A stretch of 53,974 nucleotides of DNA from a virus (lineage: Duplodnaviria > Caudoviricetes): IMG/VR virus record IMGVR_UViG_3300044648_000096, positions 1-53,974 of that record; one strand, given 5' to 3'. The first letter of the stretch is position 1. Every line of letters begins with the position of its first letter. Position numbers and translations under genes: made by a program. Positions 8,079-17,700 of this stretch are shown here, in pieces. The notes under the pieces are model-generated. The model was not told the origin of the DNA. It was given only the letters and a program-made list of their open reading frames with translations, and ran no database searches.

Positions 8079-8951
8079 ATGAATATTCCGAAGTATATAG
8101 AAAGGTATCGGAAAGACTTAGAGTTTTTAAGATACCGCCAAAACTCAGTAGAATCATACGTTTCTTGCGTAACGGTATTTCTTAACCATTTTATTAACAA
8201 AAAAGATCACGAACACATAAACGAATCAGAAATAAAAGACTTCTTATATCAATTCAAAGAACACAACACACAAAGAGCATATCACTCTGCTGTAAAGGCT
8301 TTTTATAAATATACTTGTAAGCAACCAAATAAATTCAAATGGATTCAGTATTGTAAACGCAATCGTAAATTACCAATAGTTCTTTCCCCCGCCGAAATGC
8401 AAAGAATTATATTCTCATGCACTAATCTTAAGCACAAAACCATCATTTGCTTAATGTACTCAACAAGCATTAGGGTAAGTGAAGTAATAAGCCTTAAAAT
8501 AGCAGATATAGACCCGGATAGAATGATTATAATGATTCGTGACGCTAAGGGCGGGAAAGATCGGCAAGTGCCGCTAGACCCAATTCTATTAGAATTAATA
8601 CGCGAATATTACAACCAATATTCTCCCGCCGAATATTTATTTAACGGGCAATTTGACTTGAAATATTCTACGCGAAGCATCGCTCAATTTTTACAAAAAT
8701 ACACAGATGCGGCGGGGATAAATAAACGAGTTTATCCACACCTAATCCGCCATTCATCAGCAACACATTTACTAGAAGCTGGACTAGATTTAAGCATTAT
8801 CCAAAAAGTTCTTGGTCACAACTCAATACAAACAACTCAAGGTTACACTCATATAAGCAATACGTTAATAAGCAGAGTTAAAACCCCGCTCAGTTATATT
8901 ACAATTCCTGTAAAAAATCAAATAGAAAGAAATAATTTACAACTTGTGTAA
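8079..8951 (+). CDS. Tyrosine recombinase, integron-integrase-like/XerD family with N-terminal SAM-like domain
   Basis: Catalytic set intact: SIR, KGGKDR, HLIRH, LGH, GYTH; also LPIVLS. No obvious IntI-specific insertion before HxxR. Confidence 0.9.
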   Translation: MNIPKYIERYRKDLEFLRYRQNSVESYVSCVTVFLNHFINKKDHEHINESEIKDFLYQFKEHNTQRAYHSAVKAFYKYTCKQPNKFKWIQYCKRNRKLPIVLSPAEMQRIIFSCTNLKHKTIICLMYSTSIRVSEVISLKIADIDPDRMIIMIRDAKGGKDRQVPLDPILLELIREYYNQYSPAEYLFNGQFDLKYSTRSIAQFLQKYTDAAGINKRVYPHLIRHSSATHLLEAGLDLSIIQKVLGHNSIQTTQGYTHISNTLISRVKTPLSYITIPVKNQIERNNLQLV

Positions 8952-8954
8952 ATT

Positions 8955-9206
8955 TTAAGAAAGCAATTTATTTAAAAGTCCTATTGCTGTTTGCCATTCA
9001 TCTACTGAATAACAATTATCTTCCCCATCAATCGTATAGCACTCTACCTTCCTTACAAGCCTTTGAATAAACAAATACTTAGTAATGCAACATTCGTCTA
9101 CCAGATCGCCTGATTTAGCTTTATTGAGCATATTATCAGCGATATTGGTAAGCTTACATTTAGCGGTAAGCACAATAGAGATTTGTTGATCTTGGTAGGT
9201 TGCCAT
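8955..9206 (-). CDS. Cys-rich hypothetical late protein
   Basis: 83-aa ORF at the end of the late operon, convergent with the recombinase. Confidence 0.65.
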   Translation of the reverse strand: MATYQDQQISIVLTAKCKLTNIADNMLNKAKSGDLVDECCITKYLFIQRLVRKVECYTIDGEDNCYSVDEWQTAIGLLNKLLS

Positions 9207-9210
9207 TTAA

Positions 9211-9720
9211 TTATTGTATGATATTAATATCAGCGTAAGCACCTTTTAATACTGCTCCAACCGCGCCGGAAGAACTCAAGTAACTAATTTTAATCACATC
9301 GTTCTGTCTTAAATTACTCAGCTTAAAGCTAAACGGAACTGCTGTCCATGTTGCCCCGGCGATTGCCGTAGCTGCCGTTACCTTCATGGTGATGTTAGCC
9401 ACCGCCACGCCATTCTTAAGAACAGAAGCGGTTATAAGGTGAACATCCGTAGCGTAAATTTGAGCTACTGTTTCAAACTCAGAAGTGTTTGTTGTAGCTA
9501 TTGAATCCGATATGGTTAATACCGTCCAGTCATATCCTACCCCGGCAGTATTAATTGAATCAGAAGATGTATCTAAACGCTGTACAGTTACTTCCTTAAC
9601 AGAAACAACATTAACGCCATCAATGGTGCGCCCTGCGCCAGCATCCCCTGTGGCTCCGCGCTGTACTGTTATGCTGTTGCAACCAGCCCCGGCATTACTA
9701 TCTGAACATCCACATCCCAT
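9211..9720 (-). CDS. Putative virion structural/fibre-associated protein
   Basis: MGCGC start, short G-X-Y stretch (GATGDAGA), beta-rich C-terminus. Confidence 0.6.
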   Translation of the reverse strand: MGCGCSDSNAGAGCNSITVQRGATGDAGAGRTIDGVNVVSVKEVTVQRLDTSSDSINTAGVGYDWTVLTISDSIATTNTSEFETVAQIYATDVHLITASVLKNGVAVANITMKVTAATAIAGATWTAVPFSFKLSNLRQNDVIKISYLSSSGAVGAVLKGAYADINIIQ

Positions 9721-9754
9721 AATATATAAATTTTAATTTTTAATAGTTAAACGT

Positions 9755-10375
9755 TTAACAGTCGCACTCGGCCTCACATAGGTCTTGCGCCTTTTCAAAA
9801 TATTCTAATCCTTTAGTTGTTTCCCCGATATTCACTGCGTAAATAGCGGCGTTAAACCAAAACTCAATTTCATTTACCTGAGCCATTTTATCATCGCATC
9901 CACATTCAGCCGCTTCAATATATTTCTCAGCTATACAACAGCAAAGGTCGCCAGTAGTTATGAAATCAACCGATGTTGTGTATGAATAAGCACTTCCTGA
10001 TGTTCCATTGATTGTGTAATCAAAAGACATTAAACCATCTTCCATTTCGGGGAGTTCCGCCCCGTAATCGGTATCCCTTAGATCAAACTTATTGCTTGAC
10101 GTAAATGGGAAAGTTGTGCTGGAAAGGTCAGCTAAAATATTGATCGTAGTCCCTTCCGCGTCAACCATAGAAGCGGCAGTAATGGTATTGCTGCTTACAG
10201 TAAAATTGTAAGTTATATCGACCCCTAATGACTCATAGTGATGTACGATTTGGAATGTTGTAACCGTAGAGGTTAAAATAGTTCCCGCGCCGTAGTTGTC
10301 TGTATCATCAATGAAATAGATAGTTGAATTATCGGCGGGAATGTACCTATCGCAACTTAAATCAGGTCTTGCCAT
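9755..10375 (-). CDS. Putative virion structural protein with Cys-rich C-terminus
   Basis: Thr/Ser-rich beta domain followed by CCC...CGC...C...CDC. Confidence 0.6.
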   Translation of the reverse strand: MARPDLSCDRYIPADNSTIYFIDDTDNYGAGTILTSTVTTFQIVHHYESLGVDITYNFTVSSNTITAASMVDAEGTTINILADLSSTTFPFTSSNKFDLRDTDYGAELPEMEDGLMSFDYTINGTSGSAYSYTTSVDFITTGDLCCCIAEKYIEAAECGCDDKMAQVNEIEFWFNAAIYAVNIGETTKGLEYFEKAQDLCEAECDC

Positions 10376-10641
10376 TATTGAGTGGAATTTTGGTTAATGT
10401 AATTAAAATGTGACGGGTTGGTATAGGTACAAGTTACTCCGCAATCGGCGGGGGAAAGTTGCCAAACCTCATCAAAAGAATCTACATATAAGTATGTGAT
10501 TTTCATACTGTCAAATATATACGATAATACTTATGAGCTATTACAGAATTATTAACAAACCTCAGCGATCTTTTAAACCTCAGCCTTATGGCGGTCTTAT
10601 TTTTATTAATATTCTCCCCCGCGCAAAGCCACGCACAATCG

Positions 10642-10736
10642 AAGCTATATTAACATAACGCTGAATTATAGCGGGTTTTGTCCGATTGATTTTAAACAGC
10701 TTTATTCAAGAAACCCGCTATAATAAGTCGTTATGT
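10642..10736. repeat. 29-bp direct repeat copy 1 with AAC...GTT hairpin
   Basis: AAGCTATATTAACATAACGCTGAATTATA at 10642-10670. ACATAACG/CGTTATGT outer stem plus a perfect 14-bp inner stem (10665-10678/10711-10724). Confidence 0.8.
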
Positions 10737-10882
10737 CTGCGGAATTGTCATTCCTTGTCCGCCTGAGGCGGATAAATAGCCTCACGAAAAAAGAGGTTTT
10801 CGGGAAATAGTTTTTTCCTCTTTTTTCTTACAGCCCCACGCCCCTCCGTAAAAATTTCATGCGAATTGCGTAAATTAAGGGA

Positions 10883-11260
10883 ATGGAAATTATAGATAGT
10901 ACCTTTAAAGGAGTTTGTTCTTTTTCTGATTACGAGTTTTTTACTTGGGATAAAGAATTAAAAATAGCACATAATATAAAATTAATTACAGAAACAAATT
11001 CAATTACGGCTTTAGTAGAAATTGTAAACGAAAAAGAAGAAAAATGTTGTTATGCTAAAGGTGTTTTAAAATATACGCCACTAATAAATCCACTAACTGA
11101 TGAGGGTAAATATTTTTTAACCAAAGGAATTATTTATTATACATTAAATGAAATTGGAATTTCTGTATCTAACAACATTCACACTCAGGTACAAATAATC
11201 CCTCCCAGCGACGACACGATTTATCGTTATTATATTTCGGCATATAAAAATCAGAATTAA
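10883..11260 (+). CDS. Hypothetical protein, antisense to the late operon
   Basis: 125-aa AT-rich ORF with AAGGGA upstream, lying between the two repeat copies. Confidence 0.6.
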   Translation: MEIIDSTFKGVCSFSDYEFFTWDKELKIAHNIKLITETNSITALVEIVNEKEEKCCYAKGVLKYTPLINPLTDEGKYFLTKGIIYYTLNEIGISVSNNIHTQVQIIPPSDDTIYRYYISAYKNQN

Positions 11261-11606
11261 TATAAGATTGTGTTTTAGAACTAACGACTTCCTGACCTAC
11301 ATTAATCCGTTTTCTTTGAAAACGTAGCTTACTTAAAATAAAAGTAATTAGTTTTTTCATTTTTTGATGAATTATTTGAGAGTTATGTTTGGATTTAGAG
11401 ACGCTAATAATCTTGTAATGGTGAAATATAAAGAGACTGTTTTCTTAGAGGTAAGAAAACTTGATCTTGCATAACATTAGCGGTAAACGAATACCCATCA
11501 ACTATAAAGGTTTTAGTAACAATCCGTTTTCTTTGAAAACGTAGCTTCATCACTCCGATGAAATTTTTACCCTTCTGCTTTACTTGACTTAAAAGTCTAC
11601 GTACCA

Positions 11607-11660
11607 AAGCTATATTAACATAACGCTGAATTATAAACAGATTTATAATTTTCGTTATGT
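11607..11660. repeat. 29-bp direct repeat copy 2 with AAC...GTT hairpin
   Basis: Same 29-mer at 11607-11635. ACATAACG(11618-11625)/CGTTATGT(11653-11660) plus a 9-bp inner stem. Confidence 0.8.
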
Positions 11661-11700
11661 GAGTAAATAGCCGTTTTAAAAATTTCATATTGTAAAAATA

Positions 11701-14700
11701 CTACTTTTTAGTATCTCCCGCAACAAGGTCATAAGATTTATTGTACGGGATAAGCTTTTTAGCGTTTTTATTGAAGTTTTTACTATCACCCTTCATCATT
11801 GCCTCAAGAGCATTGATAAACTTCTCCACAGTTCCAATAGAGGCTACTGGGGACTTTAAAAGATACTTAAGCTGGCTTGGGTCATACACGAATAAAATCT
11901 GCTCTAAAGCGTTCTCTAGGCTTAATGCCTGTTTACGCTTTTTCTCATCTTCATCACCCGAATGAGTCATTACGTATAACGCTCCTATAAACATCGCCTC
12001 AGTCAGATTTTGACGGGCTTGCTTGTTCTTCCATGCCGTAGCGATATTATACCTGTTCCAATCTTCTTTTAATTCCTTAATCGCCTGTTTAGTAAACATA
12101 TTGTAAGACCCGCGATGTAACACCCCTTTAGAGTCGTAATATTCTGACCCAAAGCGTTCACGCCACCAGTCCGGCATCCAGTTCTTAAACTGAGCGGCAG
12201 ATTTACCAAGTTCGCTTCTCATAAACATACGGCGATCTTTAGGGTTGTATTTCCCTTGAATATTAGAAACCTCATCCTTATACTGAGTTATCTTTTTCAT
12301 TAAGGCTTTCTCATCTACTCCCGGTTTAATATTGCCGTTTTCGTCAAAAGAATTCCATTCTTCATCAGTCATTTGTCCTAAGAACATAGACCCCTGAATT
12401 TGATACTCGCCAAATCTTGTTGCTCCAAATGACAACATTTCAAATAGTTTGCCAATATGGGCTTTAGGGTTACTGTCAAGGTCGGAACTTACTACGTTAT
12501 ACCTATCCAAGATATTCACCGCTTTTTTACTTACGGTTCCGTACCCAGCGCGATCTTTCCCGCCAAAGAACCTTCCTTGTCCTTTTAGCCAGTATTTGCC
12601 ACCCTCAGCCCTAAAGTTATTGTAATTACCAATAACAACGTTCATAACTGCTGCGGGGGCGTTAAAGGCCATTATAGTCATAGATGTAAGTCGCCTAAAG
12701 AAACTTAGCGGCAAATCAATAAACGGGTCGATTTCCTTAGTTCTTTGATAGATTTGCTCATCCTTCCATTCCTTAATGTATTTCAGGATGTTTCCGTACT
12801 GCATTTGCGCTTTACCTTCATCCTTACGGTCAACACCAAGCCTTTGATAAAACAACTCCACCGAATCCGCCAACGGAACAACCTTATTCATGTGCTTAAC
12901 ATGAGTAATATCATCAATTAGCTGCATAGCGGCGGCGTAGTAATCTTTGCTATATCCAACTGGTTTGTCGTATTCCTTATCAAACTTGGAAGTAAGCATC
13001 CCGCCGTAATTGATATTGTACGGTGATTTGTAGGCTGCTTTTTTGGCTTTATAAGCAAGTGAAAGTAATTTCCCTACCGCAATACCTTTTTGCTTTAACC
13101 CCTTCTCAGCGTAGCTTAAAATGGCTCTCTGCGCCTCTTTATACGGAACCTTCTCTGTTTTGCCAGTATTTGGGTTAGTGTAGGTCACTTCAACGTCAAC
13201 ATTATTTCCCCCGCCCATATACAAACTAACGGCTTCCATAAATCCACCGTTACCGAATGCTTCCCAAAACCCTTGATCGGTTTTTATTACTTGCAAATCA
13301 CCATTTGTTTCTTTGCCACTAATTTTGTTCTGCTCAGAAACCAACTCACGCATGATCTTAAGGAAATTGATTTGAGCATCAGATAATCCTTTCTTCCTAC
13401 CTTCTTCAATAGTCAATAGTTTTCCGTTGTTCTCTACGAACTGGAAGTATTTAGCGGAATTAGATGTAACCAAACCCTTAGCCCAGTCAATAACACCGTT
13501 CTTTTTGTTCACCTCGCGGATTACCGCCTTACCAGCTTTTTCTAATTCTGTCTTAAGCTTATAGCGTTCTTTTTCCCGGTCAAGGTTCGCTTGGTTAAAC
13601 TCATTGTATAATTCCTGAATCGCAGGGAATTCTTGGCTAATGTTGCCCATTGATTTAGTCCAGAACTCTCGCCCGGTTAAATCCCTTTGATTAGCAAGCT
13701 CAGTAATTTCCTTACCGTACTGTTTTTCTAATTCTTCTTTACGGATGTTATTTAAGACATATCCAATGCGCTCTTTTATTTTCTTTAACTGGGCGCGGTC
13801 AGGATACGTTTCATTAGCCTTAGCTTCATCGTAAATAGCTTGGTAGGTCTTAATCAATTCATCTAAAGGAATATCTTCTAGGCTAGTAGAATTCTCTATC
13901 TTATCAAGGCTTTCTTCTGTCTTAAGATAATCAATGTAAGCTTGCTTATCCGCTTCAATCTGATCTAAAATATTATCGCGCTCTGATTCTGCTAATGCTA
14001 AATCTTCCTCAGATAAATCTTCATTTTCAATAGCATCTTCTAAAGCTTTGAGTAATTCTTTTTCTTCTTTAATATCCCGCCCAATTTTTTTACGGTAAAG
14101 ATTAAATTCCTTTTGGTCAAAATCATCTAAAGACACTTGCTCTTTTCCGGGAATAGCACTTATCTGTTCAGAACGTTTAAAACTTTCCGTTTCAGATATT
14201 GGTGTTTTAACTCTATTTTCTTCTGATAGAGAAGTTCTATAAGTAGCATTTCTAGCTTCAACTTCCCCTGCCAATCTTAAATAAGCCTCTTTAGGCAAGT
14301 CATCTGGCAATTCTTTATTTTCAGAAATAAGTTTTTTCTTTAGCTTATCAGCCAACTTCTGATTTGGCTCTCCGCCCGGCTCTAAAAAATCTATTTTTTG
14401 TATGGCGTGTTGTATTTCGTGGAGAAGGATTCCTCGTAATCCACGCAAACGCCGTTCTTTTGTATGTATTCCTCCGTCAGTATTGGCGGTTCTCCCGTTA
14501 ACTCTACCTCTATCCCCAAGTCCAAAGCTCGTTGCATTAATTCTGATACTATTTGTTCCTGAGTCATAGATTCCTTTTGCTTTTTCTTCCGTTTCGTTTT
14601 TTGGGTCATCATAAAATTCTACTTTTAAGTTTTTTAAATCAGGGTATGCCTTAAATACGTTAGCATTTGGAGAAAGTTTCCCTAATTTAATAGAAAATCT

Positions 14701-17700
14701 TTCTTTGGTTTTTGTTAAAAAGTCATTAATTAGATTTAAAATGCTATCATTCAGTAAAAAATCATCTTGATTTTCAATTAAATCATATCTAAAGATTCCA
14801 TCAAAACCTCTTTCCCATCCAGTCGCCTGATATATTTCTTCTGCCGATTTACCCTCTGTTTCCATCAAAACAGCGGTTTCTAATGCCCTTTGCTGATATT
14901 CTTCTAAGTTAGCATTCGCGCTGATTATTTGCTTCTGCTCCACCTTATTATCAGTCCCCGCCAATTGCTTTGTACGAACACCCGCTATAATCTGTTTTGC
15001 AAGCGATTTAGCGATGTTTTTATCTAAACCAAGCTTTCTCTTAAACCAGTCAAAAATATAGCTTAAATAGGCTTTAAAACGGCTTGTTTGAGATTCTTTA
15101 GCAAATATCCCTGCTCCTTCCCTCCCGATTGCCTCAGCTAACACCTCTTTACCCAACATTTCTTCATTCAACTCTGAATATCGGGATTTAGTATCACTCC
15201 ACAATTTAGTTCCTTTCAATTGCTTAATAGCATCTTGAATAGTTTTATTGTTGTATCCGATAGCATCTATGAGTACGTGACCAGCTTCGTGAATTGGTGT
15301 ATCAATCCCCGCATAAAACGGATTAATTGATATTGTCTTACCATCGGCGGATAATTTACCAGCTACAATCATTGTGGGGTCAATCACCACTTTAATCTTA
15401 GGCATTACCTTTTGAATGTGTTCCGCTACCTTAATAGCATCACCCTCTACACTACTGAATTTCTGAAAAGGAGTGTCGGTTCCATCATCTGAAATAATAT
15501 CGCTAGTATCACCTTCCCAATTTTCATCCTGATCGAGCTTCTTTAAACTCTCATCATCCAATTGCTCTAATTCGCTTATAGCCTGATTAAGTTCCTCGCC
15601 AATACCTTTCTCATCGGCAATCTCAGAAATTTCATTTATAATGTCCTGAACAGGGTTGTTCTCCGGGCTGTTTTTACCAACAACTTCATTCAAAGCTCTT
15701 GCCATTTCGGTAGGGCTATGAAATCCAATAACAACATCTTCTACGGCGTTAACCACCTCATCCATTGGCAAAATAAGCCCTTCGTTATTAGCAATGATAT
15801 ACTCGGCTATTTGTTCAATAGTTCTTGCATTCTTGCCAAAATAAGAAATACGCTTATCGCGTTCAGCTTTTGAATTCTTGAACAACTTATTGATTGAACT
15901 AATAGCAACCCTACCGTTACCAATAAAGTATTGCAAAGCCAAACCATAAGGGTCAAATACCTCATGCTTTAAAGCTTCTACCTTTTCGGAATGCTTAATT
16001 ACTCCGCTTCTTTTTTTCTTTCCCGTGCCAAGCTTTTTAGTTTTTTGCTGTTTAGAACCTTCGTCAGTAGACTCTTTACTAGGTCTGGCGACAGATTCCT
16101 CTTGGCTAACGCTTTGGGCGTTTTCAGTTTGGTTAGTTTTTCCATATATCTTGTCATATTCGTTACCGAATAAATATTCATACGTGCCGCTATCAGCCAA
16201 ATCTTGGTCGAAATCGGCATCAGGGTCATTCTGTAATTCTTCTATTCTTTGATTAACAAAGTCTTGTTTTGTTGCTACTCCTTTTACGTTAGGTTTCGGA
16301 GTAGGTTTCACTGGCGGCTTAGTTTCTCCCTTACTTTCCGAACTCGGCGGGATGTCATTAAGCTTAATTTCTTCATCTTTAAGCCATTCTTCTTGCTCAT
16401 CAGTGAACTCTTTTTTCTTCCCGGTATTGGTAGCCTTTAACCATCCAACAGTCTTTCCGTTGTCTGTTCTAAATGCTTTAATAGCTTTTTTAGAAGTTGA
16501 ACCTTCGCCAATCGCAGGAACTTCTACTGCCTTTATCGCAATAGGAACTCCCACCATATTCTTTTCATCAAACTCTGGGAAAAACTCTTGTCTGAAATGT
16601 CCTTTAAACCCTTCCTCTCGCGTCATAGTAGACGCAAATTTCATCTTCTTACCATCAGGAAGTTCCACGCTATATGTTTCGTTAATCTTTGGCTCATCGC
16701 CAAAATTATCTATGAATTGATCTTCCGATAGTTTCCCAACAATCACTTTGTCACCCATGCTCTCGGCTAACTTGGCGTGTTTGTCGCGGTAACTCATCTT
16801 GCTCTTATGATTCCATTCTTTAGCGTCTATTTCATCATAAGAACGCTTATCTTCTTTCTTGGCTGTCTCTGTCCCATCCGACTTCATTCGTCCTAATAAA
16901 GCCTTTAAAGCAGGGTTTTTAGGTTCGACTTTCTTCTCCCCGTCCTTCTTTGGCTGTTCCTTCTTAATCTGATCTTGAATGGTTTTATCCGATACAACTA
17001 TCTCATCTTTAATTTGAGACTCTAGTATCAAATCATTGATTTGTTTCTGAATAGCCTGAGATTCTTTTTCAATGCTATTGTAAATTCCCTGACCAATCGG
17101 TTGTAATTTTTCCTTATCACCAATTACGCGAAGCTTTGATTCTAAATTTTCTTTCTGAAACGTCAGATCAAATAATTCTCGCTTCTTAGCATCATCAATC
17201 TTTAAATCCCTTGTTTGATTGTTATAATCATTGAAAGCATTAAGCTTGGTTAATATAGCTTCGCTTTCAGATTCAGTTATTTCCCCGCGCTTTAGTGCCT
17301 CAGCAACATTTAATCTTGTTGCTTCTACCGCCTGAGTACCTTGTCTTACGATATTAAAGGCATTCTCAGAGCTTTTCTTATCGCGTTCAATCTTGCGTTC
17401 CTGAGAAACAAAAGCAAGTCCCGGCGCACCTCCGCCAATAGCACCTGCGGCAAATTCATTTAAGTATTCCGCGATGCTTTGTGGGCTAAACGTTTGAGTA
17501 TTAAACTTTGGGTCTTTCTTTAAACTATCATAAATCTGTTCAGAAGCATTTAAAATCGCAGCCTGACCGCTTTCCGTTGCCCCTTCCTCAACTATATTTC
17601 CAACAGCTTGTTTGACAAATGACTGCTCATTCACCGCTTGCTTGGTAGCCTCATTGAATAGTTTTTCTAATGACTCTTTGGTTAATGCCTCGCCACCTTC

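Noticed and set aside
8079-8951. Recombinase as an ordinary prophage integrase
   Set aside because: No attP, tRNA fragment, repressor or excisionase is visible nearby, and the adjacent hairpin array explains it better. Not fully excluded.
10380-10880. tRNA or known ncRNA in the intergenic gap
   Set aside because: No cloverleaf or T-loop consensus was recognised; only the hairpins already reported.
10642-11660. CRISPR mini-array
   Set aside because: Only two copies of each repeat, separated by about 940 and 190 bp, not by 30-40 bp spacers.
16198-16230. DADFDQD in the 2359-aa protein as an RNAP DxDxD catalytic motif
   Set aside because: It lies in an acidic low-complexity linker without surrounding RNAP context.
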